Shown one piece after another: positions 14,201-25,600 of a stretch of DNA of 64,000 nt. The translations under genes were made by a program, and so were the position numbers. Positions within the stretch are counted from its first letter, which is position 1, and each line of letters starts with the position of its first letter. A model generated the notes under the pieces. It worked only from the letters and a program-made list of their open reading frames with translations. It did no database searches and was not told the DNA's origin. This stretch comes from Eledone cirrhosa (Eukaryota), in the NCBI GenBank assembly GCA_964016885.1, contig OZ024742.1:368094001-368158000 (forward strand), in the 5' to 3' direction.

Positions 14201-15763
14201 ATGTTGTGTCAGTGAGAGAGTGGTTTACTATGTTGTGTCAGTGAGTGGTTTACTATGTTGTGTCAGTGAGAGAGTGGTTTACTATGTTGTGTCAGTGAGT
14301 GGTTTACTATGTTGTGTCAGTGAGAGGGTGGTTTACTATGTTGTGTCTGTGAGAGAGTGGTTTACTATGTTGTGTCTGTGAGTGGTGTACTATGTTCTGT
14401 CAGTGAGAGAGTGGTTTACTATGTTCTGTCAGTGAGAGAGTGGTTTACTATGTTCTGTCAGTGAGAGAGTGGTTTACTATGCTGTGTCAGTGAGAGAGTG
14501 GTTTACTATGTTGTGTCTGTGAGTGGTTTACTACGTTGTGTCAGTGAGAGAGTGGTTTACTATGTTGTGTCTGTCAGTGGTTTACTATGTTCTGTCAGTG
14601 AGTGGTTTAATATGTTGTGTCAGTGAGAGAGTGGTTTACTATGTTGTGTCTGAGAGTGGTTTACTATGTTGTGTCTGTGAGTGGTTTACTACGTTGTGTC
14701 AGTGAGAGAGTGTTTTACTATGTTGTGTCTGTCAGTGGTTTACTATGTTCTGTCAGTGAGTGGTTTAATATGTTGTGTCAGTGAGAGAGTGGTTTACTAT
14801 GTTGTGTCTGAGAGTGGTTTACTATGTTGTGTCAGTGAGTGGTTTAATATGTTGTGTCAGTGAGAGAGTGGTTTACTATGTTGTGTCAGTGAGAGGGTGG
14901 TTTACTATGTTGTGTCAATGAGTGGTTTACTATGTTGTGTCAGTGAGAGAGTGGTTTACTATGTTGTGTCAGTGAGTTGTTTATTATGTTGTGTCAGTGA
15001 GAGAGTGGTTTACTATGTTGTGTCAGTGAGTGGTTTACTATGTTGTGTCTGTGAGAGAGTGGTTTACTATGTTGTGTCTGTGAGAGAGTGGTTTACTATG
15101 TTGTTTCAGTGAGAGAGTGGTTTACTATGTTGTGTCAGTGAGTGGTTTACTATGTTGTGTCAGTGAGAGAGTGGTTTACTATGTTGTGTCTGTGAGAGAG
15201 TGGTTTACTATGTTGTGTCAGTGAGTGGTTTACTATGTTGTGTCAGTGAGAGAGTGGTTTACTATGTTGTGTCAGTGAGAGAGTGGTTTACTATGTTGTG
15301 TCAGTGAGTGGTTTACTATGTTGTGTCAGTGAGAGGGTGGTTTACTATGTTGTGTCAGTGAGAGAGTGGTTTACTATGTTGTGTCAGTGAGTGGTTTACT
15401 ATGTTGTGTCAGTGAGAGGGTGGTTTACAATGTTGTGTCAGTGAGTGGTTTACTATGTTGTGTGAGTGAGTGGTTTACTATGTTGTGTCAGTGAGAGAGT
15501 GGTTTACTATGTTGTGTCTGTGAGAGGGTGGTTCACTATGTTGTGTCAGTGAGTGGTTTACTATGTTGTGTCAGTGAGTGGTTTACTATATTGTGTCAGT
15601 GAGAGTGTGGTTTACTATGTTGTGTCAGTGAGTGGTTTACTATGTTGTGTCAGTGAGTGGTTTACTATGTTGTGTCAGTGAGAGAGTGGTTTACTATGTT
15701 GTGTCAGTGAGAGAGTGGTTTACTATGTTGTGTCAGTGAGAGAGTGGTTTACTATGTTGTGTC
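11265..15763 (+). repeat. Duplication at 2378-bp offset (about 11265-13385 vs 13643-15763)
   Basis: GTGACAG 11368/13746. Identical ORF sets at 11734/14112, 12145/14523, 12303/14681 and 12519/14897 are all offset by 2378. Confidence 0.92.
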
Positions 15764-18700
15764 TGTGAGAGGGTGGTTCACTATGTTGTGTCAGTGAGTG
15801 GTTTACTATGTTGTGTCAGTGAGTGGTTTACTATGTTGTGTCTGTGAGAGAGAGGTTTACTATGTTGTGTCTGTGAGTGGTTTACTATGTTGTGTCAGTG
15901 AGAGAGTGGTTTACTATGTTGTGTCAGTGAGTGGTTTACTATGTTGTGTCAGTGAGAGAGTGGTTTACTATGTTGTGTCAGTGAGTGGTTTACTATGTTG
16001 TGTCAGTGAGAGGGTGGTTTACTATGTTGTGTCTGTGAGAGAGTGGTTTACTATGTTGTGTCTGTGAGTGGTGTACTATGTTCTGTCAGTGAGAGAGTGG
16101 TTTACTATGTTCTGTCAGTGAGAGAGTGGTTTACTATGTTCTGTCAGTGAGAGAGTGGTTTACTATGCTGTGTCAGTGAGAGAGTGGTTTACTATGTTGT
16201 GTCTGTGAGTGGTTTACTACGTTGTGTCAGTGAGAGAGTGGTTTACTATGTTGTGTCTGTCAGTGGTTTACTATGTTCTGTCAGTGAGTGGTTTAATATG
16301 TTGTGTCAGTGAGAGAGTGGTTTACTATGTTGTGTCTGAGAGTGGTTTACTATGTTGTGTCTGTGAGTGGTTTACTACGTTGTGTCAGTGAGAGAGTGTT
16401 TTACTATGTTGTGTCTGTCAGTGGTTTACTATGTTCTGTCAGTGAGTGGTTTAATATGTTGTGTCAGTGAGAGAGTGGTTTACTATGTTGTGTCTGAGAG
16501 TGGTTTACTATGTTGTGTCAGTGAGTGGTTTAATATGTTGTGTCAGTGAGAGAGTGGTTTACTATGTTGTGTCAGTGAGAGGGTGGTTTACTATGTTGTG
16601 TCAATGAGTGGTTTACTATGTTGTGTCAGTGAGAGAGTGGTTTACTATGTTGTGTCAGTGAGTTGTTTATTATGTTGTGTCAGTGAGAGAGTGGTTTACT
16701 ATGTTGTGTCAGTGAGTGGTTTACTATGTTGTGTCTGTGAGAGAGTGGTTTACTATGTTGTGTCTGTGAGAGAGTGGTTTACTATGTTGTTTCAGTGAGA
16801 GAGTGGTTTACTATGTTGTGTCAGTGAGTGGTTTACTATGTTGTGTCAGTGAGAGAGTGGTTTACTATGTTGTGTCTGTGAGAGAGTGGTTTACTATGTT
16901 GTGTCAGTGAGTGGTTTACTATGTTGTGTCAGTGAGAGAGTGGTTTACTATGTTGTGTCAGTGAGAGAGTGGTTTACTATGTTGTGTCAGTGAGTGGTTT
17001 ACTATGTTGTGTCAGTGAGAGGGTGGTTTACTATGTTGTGTCAGTGAGAGAGTGGTTTACTATGTTGTGTCAGTGAGTGGTTTACTATGTTGTGTCAGTG
17101 AGAGGGTGGTTTACTATGTTGTGTCAGTGAGTGGTTTACTATGTTGTGTGAGTGAGTGGTTTACTATGTTGTGTCAGTGAGAGAGTGGTTTACTATGTTG
17201 TGTCTGTGAGAGGGTGGTTCACTATGTTGTGTCAGTGAGTGGTTTACTATGTTGTGTCAGTGAGTGGTTTACTATATTGTGTCAGTGAGAGTGTGGTTTA
17301 CTATGTTGTGTCAGTGAGTGGTTTACTATGTTGTGTCAGTGAGTGGTTTACTATGTTGTGTCAGTGAGAGAGTGGTTTACTATGTTGTGTCAGTGAGAGA
17401 GTGGTTTACTATGTTGTGTCAGTGAGAGAGTGGTTTACTATGTTGTGTCAGTGAGTGGTTTACTATGTTGTGTCTGTGAGAGACTGGTTTACTATGTTGT
17501 GTCAGTGAGTGGTTTACTATGTTGTGTCAGTGAGAGAGTGGTTTACTATGTTGTGTCAGTGAGTGGCAGTGAGTGGTTTACTATGTTGTGTCAGTGAGAG
17601 AGTGGTTTACTATGTTGTGTCAGTGAGTGGTTTACTATGTTGTGTCTGTGAAAGAGTGGTTTAATATGTTGTGTCTGTGAGTGGTTTACTATGTTGTGTC
17701 AGTGAGAGAGTGGTTTACTATGTTGTGTCAGTGAGTGGTTTACTATGTTGTGTCAGTGAGTGGTTTACTATGTTGTGTCAGTGAGTGGTTTACTATGTTG
17801 TGTCAGTGACAGAGTGGTTTACTATGTTGTGTCAGTGAGTGGTTTACTATGTTGTGTCAGTGAGTGGTTTACTATGTTGTGTCAGTGAGAGAGTGGTTTA
17901 CTATGTTGTGTCAGTGAGAGAGTGGTTTACTATGTTGTGTCAGTGAGTGGTTTACTATGTTGTGTCAGTGAGTGGTTTACTATGTTGTGTCAGTGAGTGG
18001 TTTACTATGTTGAGTCAGTGAGTGGTTTACTATGTTGTGTCAGTGAGAGAGTGGTTTACTATGTTGTGTCAGTGAGTGGTTTACTATGTTGTGTCAGTGA
18101 GTGGTTTACTATGTTGTGTCAGTGAGTGGTTTACTATGTTGTGTCAGTGAGTGGTTTACTATGTTGTGTCAGTGAGTGGTTTACTATGTTGTGTCAGTGA
18201 GTGGTTTACTATGTTGTGTCTGTGAGAGAGAGGTTTACTATGTTGTGTCTGTGAGTGGTTTACTATGTTGTGTCAGTGAGAGAGTGGTTTACTATGTTGT
18301 GTCAGTGAGTGGTTTACTATGTTGTGTCAGTGAGAGAGTGGTTTACTATGTTGTGTCAGTGAGTGGTTTACTATGTTGTGTCAGTGAGAGGGTGGTTTAC
18401 TATGTTGTGTCTGTGAGAGAGTGGTTTACTATGTTGTGTCTGTGAGTGGTGTACTATGTTCTGTCAGTGAGAGAGTGGTTTACTATGTTCTGTCAGTGAG
18501 AGAGTGGTTTACTATGTTCTGTCAGTGAGAGAGTGGTTTACTATGCTGTGTCAGTGAGAGAGTGGTTTACTATGTTGTGTCTGTGAGTGGTTTACTACGT
18601 TGTGTCAGTGAGAGAGTGGTTTACTATGTTGTGTCTGTCAGTGGTTTACTATGTTCTGTCAGTGAGTGGTTTAATATGTTGTGTCAGTGAGAGAGTGGTT

Positions 18701-19915
18701 TACTATGTTGTGTCTGAGAGTGGTTTACTATGTTGTGTCTGTGAGTGGTTTACTACGTTGTGTCAGTGAGAGAGTGTTTTACTATGTTGTGTCTGTCAGT
18801 GGTTTACTATGTTCTGTCAGTGAGTGGTTTAATATGTTGTGTCAGTGAGAGAGTGGTTTACTATGTTGTGTCTGAGAGTGGTTTACTATGTTGTGTCAGT
18901 GAGTGGTTTAATATGTTGTGTCAGTGAGAGAGTGGTTTACTATGTTGTGTCAGTGAGAGGGTGGTTTACTATGTTGTGTCAATGAGTGGTTTACTATGTT
19001 GTGTCAGTGAGAGAGTGGTTTACTATGTTGTGTCAGTGAGTTGTTTATTATGTTGTGTCAGTGAGAGAGTGGTTTACTATGTTGTGTCAGTGAGTGGTTT
19101 ACTATGTTGTGTCTGTGAGAGAGTGGTTTACTATGTTGTGTCTGTGAGAGAGTGGTTTACTATGTTGTTTCAGTGAGAGAGTGGTTTACTATGTTGTGTC
19201 AGTGAGTGGTTTACTATGTTGTGTCAGTGAGAGAGTGGTTTACTATGTTGTGTCTGTGAGAGAGTGGTTTACTATGTTGTGTCAGTGAGTGGTTTACTAT
19301 GTTGTGTCAGTGAGAGAGTGGTTTACTATGTTGTGTCAGTGAGAGAGTGGTTTACTATGTTGTGTCAGTGAGTGGTTTACTATGTTGTGTCAGTGAGAGG
19401 GTGGTTTACTATGTTGTGTCAGTGAGAGAGTGGTTTACTATGTTGTGTCAGTGAGTGGTTTACTATGTTGTGTCAGTGAGAGGGTGGTTTACAATGTTGT
19501 GTCAGTGAGTGGTTTACTATGTTGTGTGAGTGAGTGGTTTACTATGTTGTGTCAGTGAGAGAGTGGTTTACTATGTTGTGTCTGTGAGAGGGTGGTTCAC
19601 TATGTTGTGTCAGTGAGTGGTTTACTATGTTGTGTCAGTGAGTGGTTTACTATATTGTGTCAGTGAGAGTGTGGTTTACTATGTTGTGTCAGTGAGTGGT
19701 TTACTATGTTGTGTCAGTGAGTGGTTTACTATGTTGTGTCAGTGAGAGAGTGGTTTACTATGTTGTGTCAGTGAGAGAGTGGTTTACTATGTTGTGTCAG
19801 TGAGAGAGTGGTTTACTATGTTGTGTCTGTGAGAGGGTGGTTCACTATGTTGTGTCAGTGAGTGGTTTACTATGTTGTGTCAGTGAGTGGTTTACTATGT
19901 TGTGTCTGTGAGAGA
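11716..19915 (+). repeat. Near-perfect tandem duplication of a 4064-bp unit (2378 + 1686 bp subunits)
   Basis: Variants sit exactly 4064 apart: TTTACAATG 15429/19493, GGTTCAC 15779/19843, 10-bp monomer 13499/17563. ORFs 11734/15798 and 14112/18176 agree. Confidence 0.93.
12145..12460 (+). repeat. 158-bp (six-monomer) local tandem duplication, also present at 14523, 16209 and 18587
   Basis: The cassette TACG / CTGTCAGTGG / TTCT / TAAT / CTGAGA occurs twice 158 bp apart (ORFs 12145 and 12303). It is single-copy at 3053, 6386 and 9524. Confidence 0.9.
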
Positions 19916-21829
19916 CTGGTTTACTATGTTGTGTCAGTGAGTGGTTTACTATGTTGTGTCAGTAAGAGAGTGGTTTACTATGTTGTGTCAGTGAGTGGCA
20001 GTGAGTGGTTTACTATGTTGTGTCAGTGAGAGAGTGGTTTACTATGTTGTGTCAGTGAGTGGTTTACTATGTTGTGTCTGTGAAAGAGTGGTTTAATATG
20101 TTGTGTCTGTGAGTGGTTTACTATGTTGTGTCAGTGAGAGAGTGGTTTACTATGTTGTGTCAGTGAGTGGTTTACTATGTTGTGTCAGTGTGAGAGTGGT
20201 TTACTATGTTGTGTCAGTGAGTGGTTTACTATGTTGTGTCAGTGAGAGGGTGGTTTACTATGTTGTGTCTGTGAGAGAGTGGTTTACTATGTTGTGTCTG
20301 TGAGAGAGTGGTTTACTATGTTGTGTCTGTGAGTGGTTTACTATGTTCTGTCAGTGAGAGAGTGGTTTACTATGTTCTGTCAGTGAGAGAGTGGTTTACT
20401 ATGTTCTGTCAGTGAGAGAGTGGTTTACTATGTTGTGTCAGTGAGAGAGTGGTTTACTATGTTGTGTCTGTGAGTGGTTTACTACGTTGTGTCAGTGAGA
20501 GAGTGGTTTACTATGTTGTGTCAGTGAGTGCTTTACTATGTTGTGTCTGTGAGAGAGTGGTTTACTATGTTGTGTCTGTGAGAGAGTGGTTTACTATGTT
20601 GTGTCAGTGAGTGGTTTACTATGTTGTGTCAATGAGTGGTTTACTATGTTGTGTCAGTGAGAGAGTGGTTTACTATGTTGTGTCAGTGAGTGGTTTACTA
20701 TGTTGTGTCAGTGAGAGAGTGGTTTACTATGTTGTGTCAGTGAGTGCTTTACTATGTTGTGTCTGTGAGAGAGTGGTTTACTATGTTGTGTCTGTGAGAG
20801 AGTGGTTTACTATGTTGTGTCAGTGAGTGGTTTACTATGTTGTGTCAGTGAGAGAGTGGTTTACTATGTTGTGTCAGTGAGTGGTTTACTATGTTGTGTC
20901 TGTGAGAGAGTGGTTTACTATGTTGTGTCTGTGAGAGAGTGGTTTACTATGTTGTGTCAGTGAGTGGTTTACTATGTTGTGTCAGTGAGAGAGTGGTTTA
21001 CTATGTTGTGTCAATGAGTGGTTTACTATGTTGTGTCTGTGAGAGAGTGGTTTACTATGTTGTGTCAGTGAGTGGTTTACTATGTTGTGTCAGTGAGAGA
21101 GTGGTTTACTATGTTGTGTCAGTGAGTGGTTTACTATGTTGTGTCAGTGAGAGAGTGGTTTACTATGTTGTGTCAGTGAGAGAGTGGTTAACTATGCTGT
21201 GTCAGTGAGTGGTTTACTATGTTGTGTCAGTGACAGAGTGGTTTACTATGTTGTGTCAGTGAGTGGTTTACTATGTTGTGTCAGTGAGTGGTTTACTATG
21301 TTGTGTCAGTGAGTGGTTTACTATGTTGTGTCAGTGAGTGGTTTACTATGTTGTGTCAGTGAGAGAGTGGTTTACTATGTTGTGTCAGTGAGTGGTTTAC
21401 TATGTTGTGTCAGTGAGAGAGTGGTTTACTATGTTGTGTCAGTGAGAGAGTGGTTTACTATGTTGTGTCAGTGAGTGGTTTACTATGTTGTGTCAGTGAG
21501 TGTTATACTATGTTGTGTCAGTGAGTGGTTTACTATGTTGAGTCAGTGAGTGGTTTACTATGTTGTGTCAGTGAGAGAGTGGTTTACTATGTTGTGTCAG
21601 TGAGTGGTTTACTATGTTGTGTCAGTGAGTGGTTTACTATGTTGTGTCAGTGAGAGGGTGGTTTACTATGTTGTGTCAGTGAGTGGTTTACTATGTTGTG
21701 TCAGTGAGTGGTTTACTATGTTGTGTCAGTGAGAGAGTGGTTTACTATGTTGTGTCTGTGAGAGGGTGGTTTACTATGTTGTGTCAGTGAGTGGTTTACT
21801 ATGTTGTGTCAGTGAGTGGTTTACTATGT

Positions 21830-22680
21830 TGTGTCAGTGAGTGGTTTACTATGTTGTGTCAGTGAGTGGTTTACTATGTTGTGTCAGTGAGTGGTTTACT
21901 ATGTTGTGTCTGTGAGAGAGAGGTTTACTATGTTGTGTCTGTGAGTGGTTTACTATGTTGTGTCAGTGAGAGAGTGGTTTACTATGTTGTGTCAGTGAGT
22001 GGTTTACTATGTTGTGTCAGTGAGAGAGTGGTTTACTATGTTGTGTCAGTGAGTGGTTTACTATGTTGTGTCAGTGAGAGGGTGGTTTACTATGTTGTGT
22101 CTGTGAGAGAGTGGTTTACTATGTTGTGTCTGTGAGAGAGTGGTTTACTATGTTGTGTCTGTGAGTGGTTTACTATGTTCTGTCAGTGAAAGAGTGGTTT
22201 AGTATGTTCTGTCAGTGAGAGAGTGGTTTACTATGTTCTGTCAGTGAGAGAGTGGTTTACTATGTTGTGTCAGTGAGTGGTTTACTATGTTGTGTCAGTG
22301 AGTGGTTTACTATGTTGTGTCAGTGAGTGGTTTACTATGTTGTGTCTGTGAGAGAGAGGTTTACTATGTTGTGTCTGTGAGTGGTTTACTATGTTGTGTC
22401 AGTGAGAGAGTGGTTTACTATGTTGTGTCAGTGAGTGGTTTACTATGTTGTGTCAGTGAGAGAGTGGTTTACTATGTTGTGTCAGTGAGTGGTTTACTAT
22501 GTTCTGTCAGTGAGAGGGTGGTTTACTATGTAGTGTCTGTGAGAGAGTGGTTTACTATGTTGTGTCTGTGAGAGAGTGGTTTACTATGTTGTGTCTGTGA
22601 GTGGTTTACTATGTTCTGTCAGTGAGAGAGTGGTTTACTATGTTCTGTCAGTGAGAGAGTGGTTTACTATGTTGTGTCAG
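21830..22680 (+). repeat. About 436-bp local tandem duplication
   Basis: Near-identical ORFs at 21866 and 22302. The GAGAGAGAGG variant and the TTCTGTC run repeat at a 436-bp offset. Confidence 0.8.
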
Positions 22681-25600
22681 TGAGTGGTTTACTATGTTGT
22701 GTCAGTGAGTGGTTTACTATGTTGTGTCAGTGAGAGAGTGGTTTACTATGTTGTGTCAGTGAGAGAGTGGTTTACTATGTTGTGTCTGTGAGAGAGTGGT
22801 TTACTATGTTGTGTCAGTGAGAGAGTGGTTTACTATGTTGTGTCAGTGAGAGAGTGGTTTACTATGTTGTGTCAGTGAGTGGTTTACTATGTTGTGTCAG
22901 TGAGAGAGTGGTTTACTATGTTGTGTCAGTGAGAGAGTGGTTTACTATGTTGTGTCTGTGAGAGAGTGGTTTACTATGTTGTGTCAGTGAGTGGTTTACT
23001 ATGTTGTGTCAGTGAGAGAGTGGTTTACTATGTTGTGTCTGTGAGAGGGTGGTTTACTATGTTCTGTCAGTGAGTGGTTTACTATGTTGTGTCAGTGAGT
23101 GGTTTACTATGTTGTGTCAGTGAGTGGTTTACTATGTTGTGTTAGTGAGAGAGTGGTTTACTATGTTGTGTCAGTGAGTGGTTTACTATGTTGTGTCAGT
23201 GAGTGGTTTACTATGTTGTGTCAGTAAGAGAGTGGTTTACTATGCTGTGTTGTGTCAGTGAGTGGTTTACTATGTTGTGTCAGTGAGAGAGTGGTTTACT
23301 ATGCTGTGTTGTGTCAGTGAGTGGTTTACTATGTTGTGTCAGTGAGTGGTTTACTATGTTGTGTCAGTGAGTGGTTTACTATGTTGTGTCAGTGAGAGAG
23401 TGGTTTACTATGTTGTGTCAGTGAGTGGTTTACTATGTTGTGTCAGTGAGTGGTTTACTATGTTGTGTCAGTGAGTGGTTTACTATGTTGTGTCAGTGAG
23501 AGAGTGGTTTACTATGTTGTGTCAGTGAGTGGTTTACTATGTTGTGTCAGTGAGTGGTTTACTATGTTGTGTCAGTGAGTGGTTTACTATGTTGTGTCAG
23601 TGAGTGGTTTACTTTGTTATGTCAGTGAGAGAGTGGTTTACTATGTTGTGTCAGTGAGAGAGTTGTTTACTATGTTGTGTCAGTGAGTGGTTTACTATGT
23701 TGTGTCAGTGAGTGGTTTACTATGTTGTGTCAGTGAGTGGTTTACTATGTTGAGTCAGTGAGTGGTTTACTATGTTGTGTCAGTGAGAGAGTGGTTTACT
23801 ATGTTGTGTCAGTGAGTGGTTTACTATGTTGTGTCAGTGAGTGGTTTACTATGTTGTGTCAGTGAGAGGGTGGTTTACTATGTTGTGTCAGTGACAGAGT
23901 GGTTTACTATGTTGTGTCAGTGAGAGAGTGGTTTACTATGTTGTGTCAGTGAGAGAGTGGTTTACTATGTTGTGTCAGTGAGAGAGTGGTTTACTATGTT
24001 GTGTCAGTGAGTCGTTTACTATGTTGTGTCAGTGAGAGAGTGGTTTACTATGTTGTGTCTGTGAGAGAGTGGTTTACTATGTTGTGTCAGTGAGTGGTTT
24101 ACTATGTTGTGTCAGTGAGAGAGTGGTTTACTATGTTGTGTCAGTGAGAGAGTGGTTTACTATGTTGTGTCAGTGAGTGGTTTACTATGTTGTGTCAGTG
24201 AGAGGGTGGTTTACTATGTTGTGTCAGTGAGAGAGTGGTTTACTATGTTGTGTCAGTGAGTGGTTTACTATGTTGTGTCAGTGAGAGGGTGGTTTACTAT
24301 GTTGTGTCAGTGAGTGGTTTACTATGTTGTGTCAGTGAGTGGTTTACTATGTTGTGTCAGTGAGAGAGTGGTTTACTATGTTGTGTCTGTGAGAGGGTGG
24401 TTTACTATGTTGTGTCAGTGAGTGGTTTACTATGTTGTGTCAGTGAGTGGTTTACTATATTGTGTCAGTGAGAGAGTGGTTTACTATGTTGTGTCAGTGA
24501 GTGGTTTACTATGTTGTGTCAGTGAGTGGTTTACTATGTTGTGTCAGTGAGAGAGTGGTTTACTATGTTGTGTCAGTGAGAGAGTGGTTTACTATGTTGT
24601 GTCAGTGAGAGAGTGGTTTACTATGTTGTGTCAGTGAGTGGTTTACTATGTTGTGTCTGTGAGAGACTGGTTTACTATGTTGTGTCAGTGAGTGGTTTAC
24701 TATGTTGTGTCTGTGAGAGAGTGGTTTACTATGTTGTGTCTGTGAGTGGTTTACTATCTTGTGTCAGTGAGAGAGTGGTTTACTATGTTGTGTCAGTGAG
24801 TGGTTTACTATGTTGTGTCAGTGAGAGAGTGGTTTACTATGTTGTGTCAGTGAGAGAGTGGTTTACTATGTTGTGTCAGTGAGTGGTTTACTATGTTGTG
24901 TCAGTGAGAGAGTGGTTTACTATGTTGTGTCAGTGAGAGAGTGGTTTACTATGTTGTGTCAGTGAGAGAGTGGTTTACTATGTTGTGTCAGTGAGTGGTT
25001 TACTATGTTGTGTCAGTGAGTGGTTTACTATGTTGTGTCAGTGAGTGGTTTACTATGTTGTGTCAGTGAGAGAGTGGTTTATTATGTTGTGTCAGTGAGT
25101 GGTTTACTATGTTGTGTCAGTGAGAGGGTGGTTTACTATGTTGTGTCAGTGAGAGAGTGGTTTACTATGTTGTGTCAGTGAGAGAGTGGTTTACTATGTT
25201 GTGTCAGTGAGAGAGTGGTTTACTATGTTGTGTCAGTGAGTGGTTTACTATGTTGTGTCAGTGAGAGGGTGGTTTATTATGTTGTGTCAGTGAGTGGTTT
25301 ACTATGTTGTGTCAGTGAGTGGTTTACTATGTTGTGTCAGTGAGAGAGTGGTTTACTATGTTGTGTCTGTGAGAGGGTGGTTTACTATGTTGTGTCAGTG
25401 AGTGGTTTACTATGTTGTGTCAGTGAGTGGTTTACTATGTCGTGTCAGTGAGAGAGTGGTTTACTATGTTGTGTCAGTGAGTGGTTTACTATGTTGTGTC
25501 AGTGAGTGGTTTACTATGTTGTGTCAGTGAGTGGTTTACTATGTTGTGTCAGTGAGAGAGTGGTTTACTATGTTGTGTCAGTGAGAGAGTGGTTTACTAT

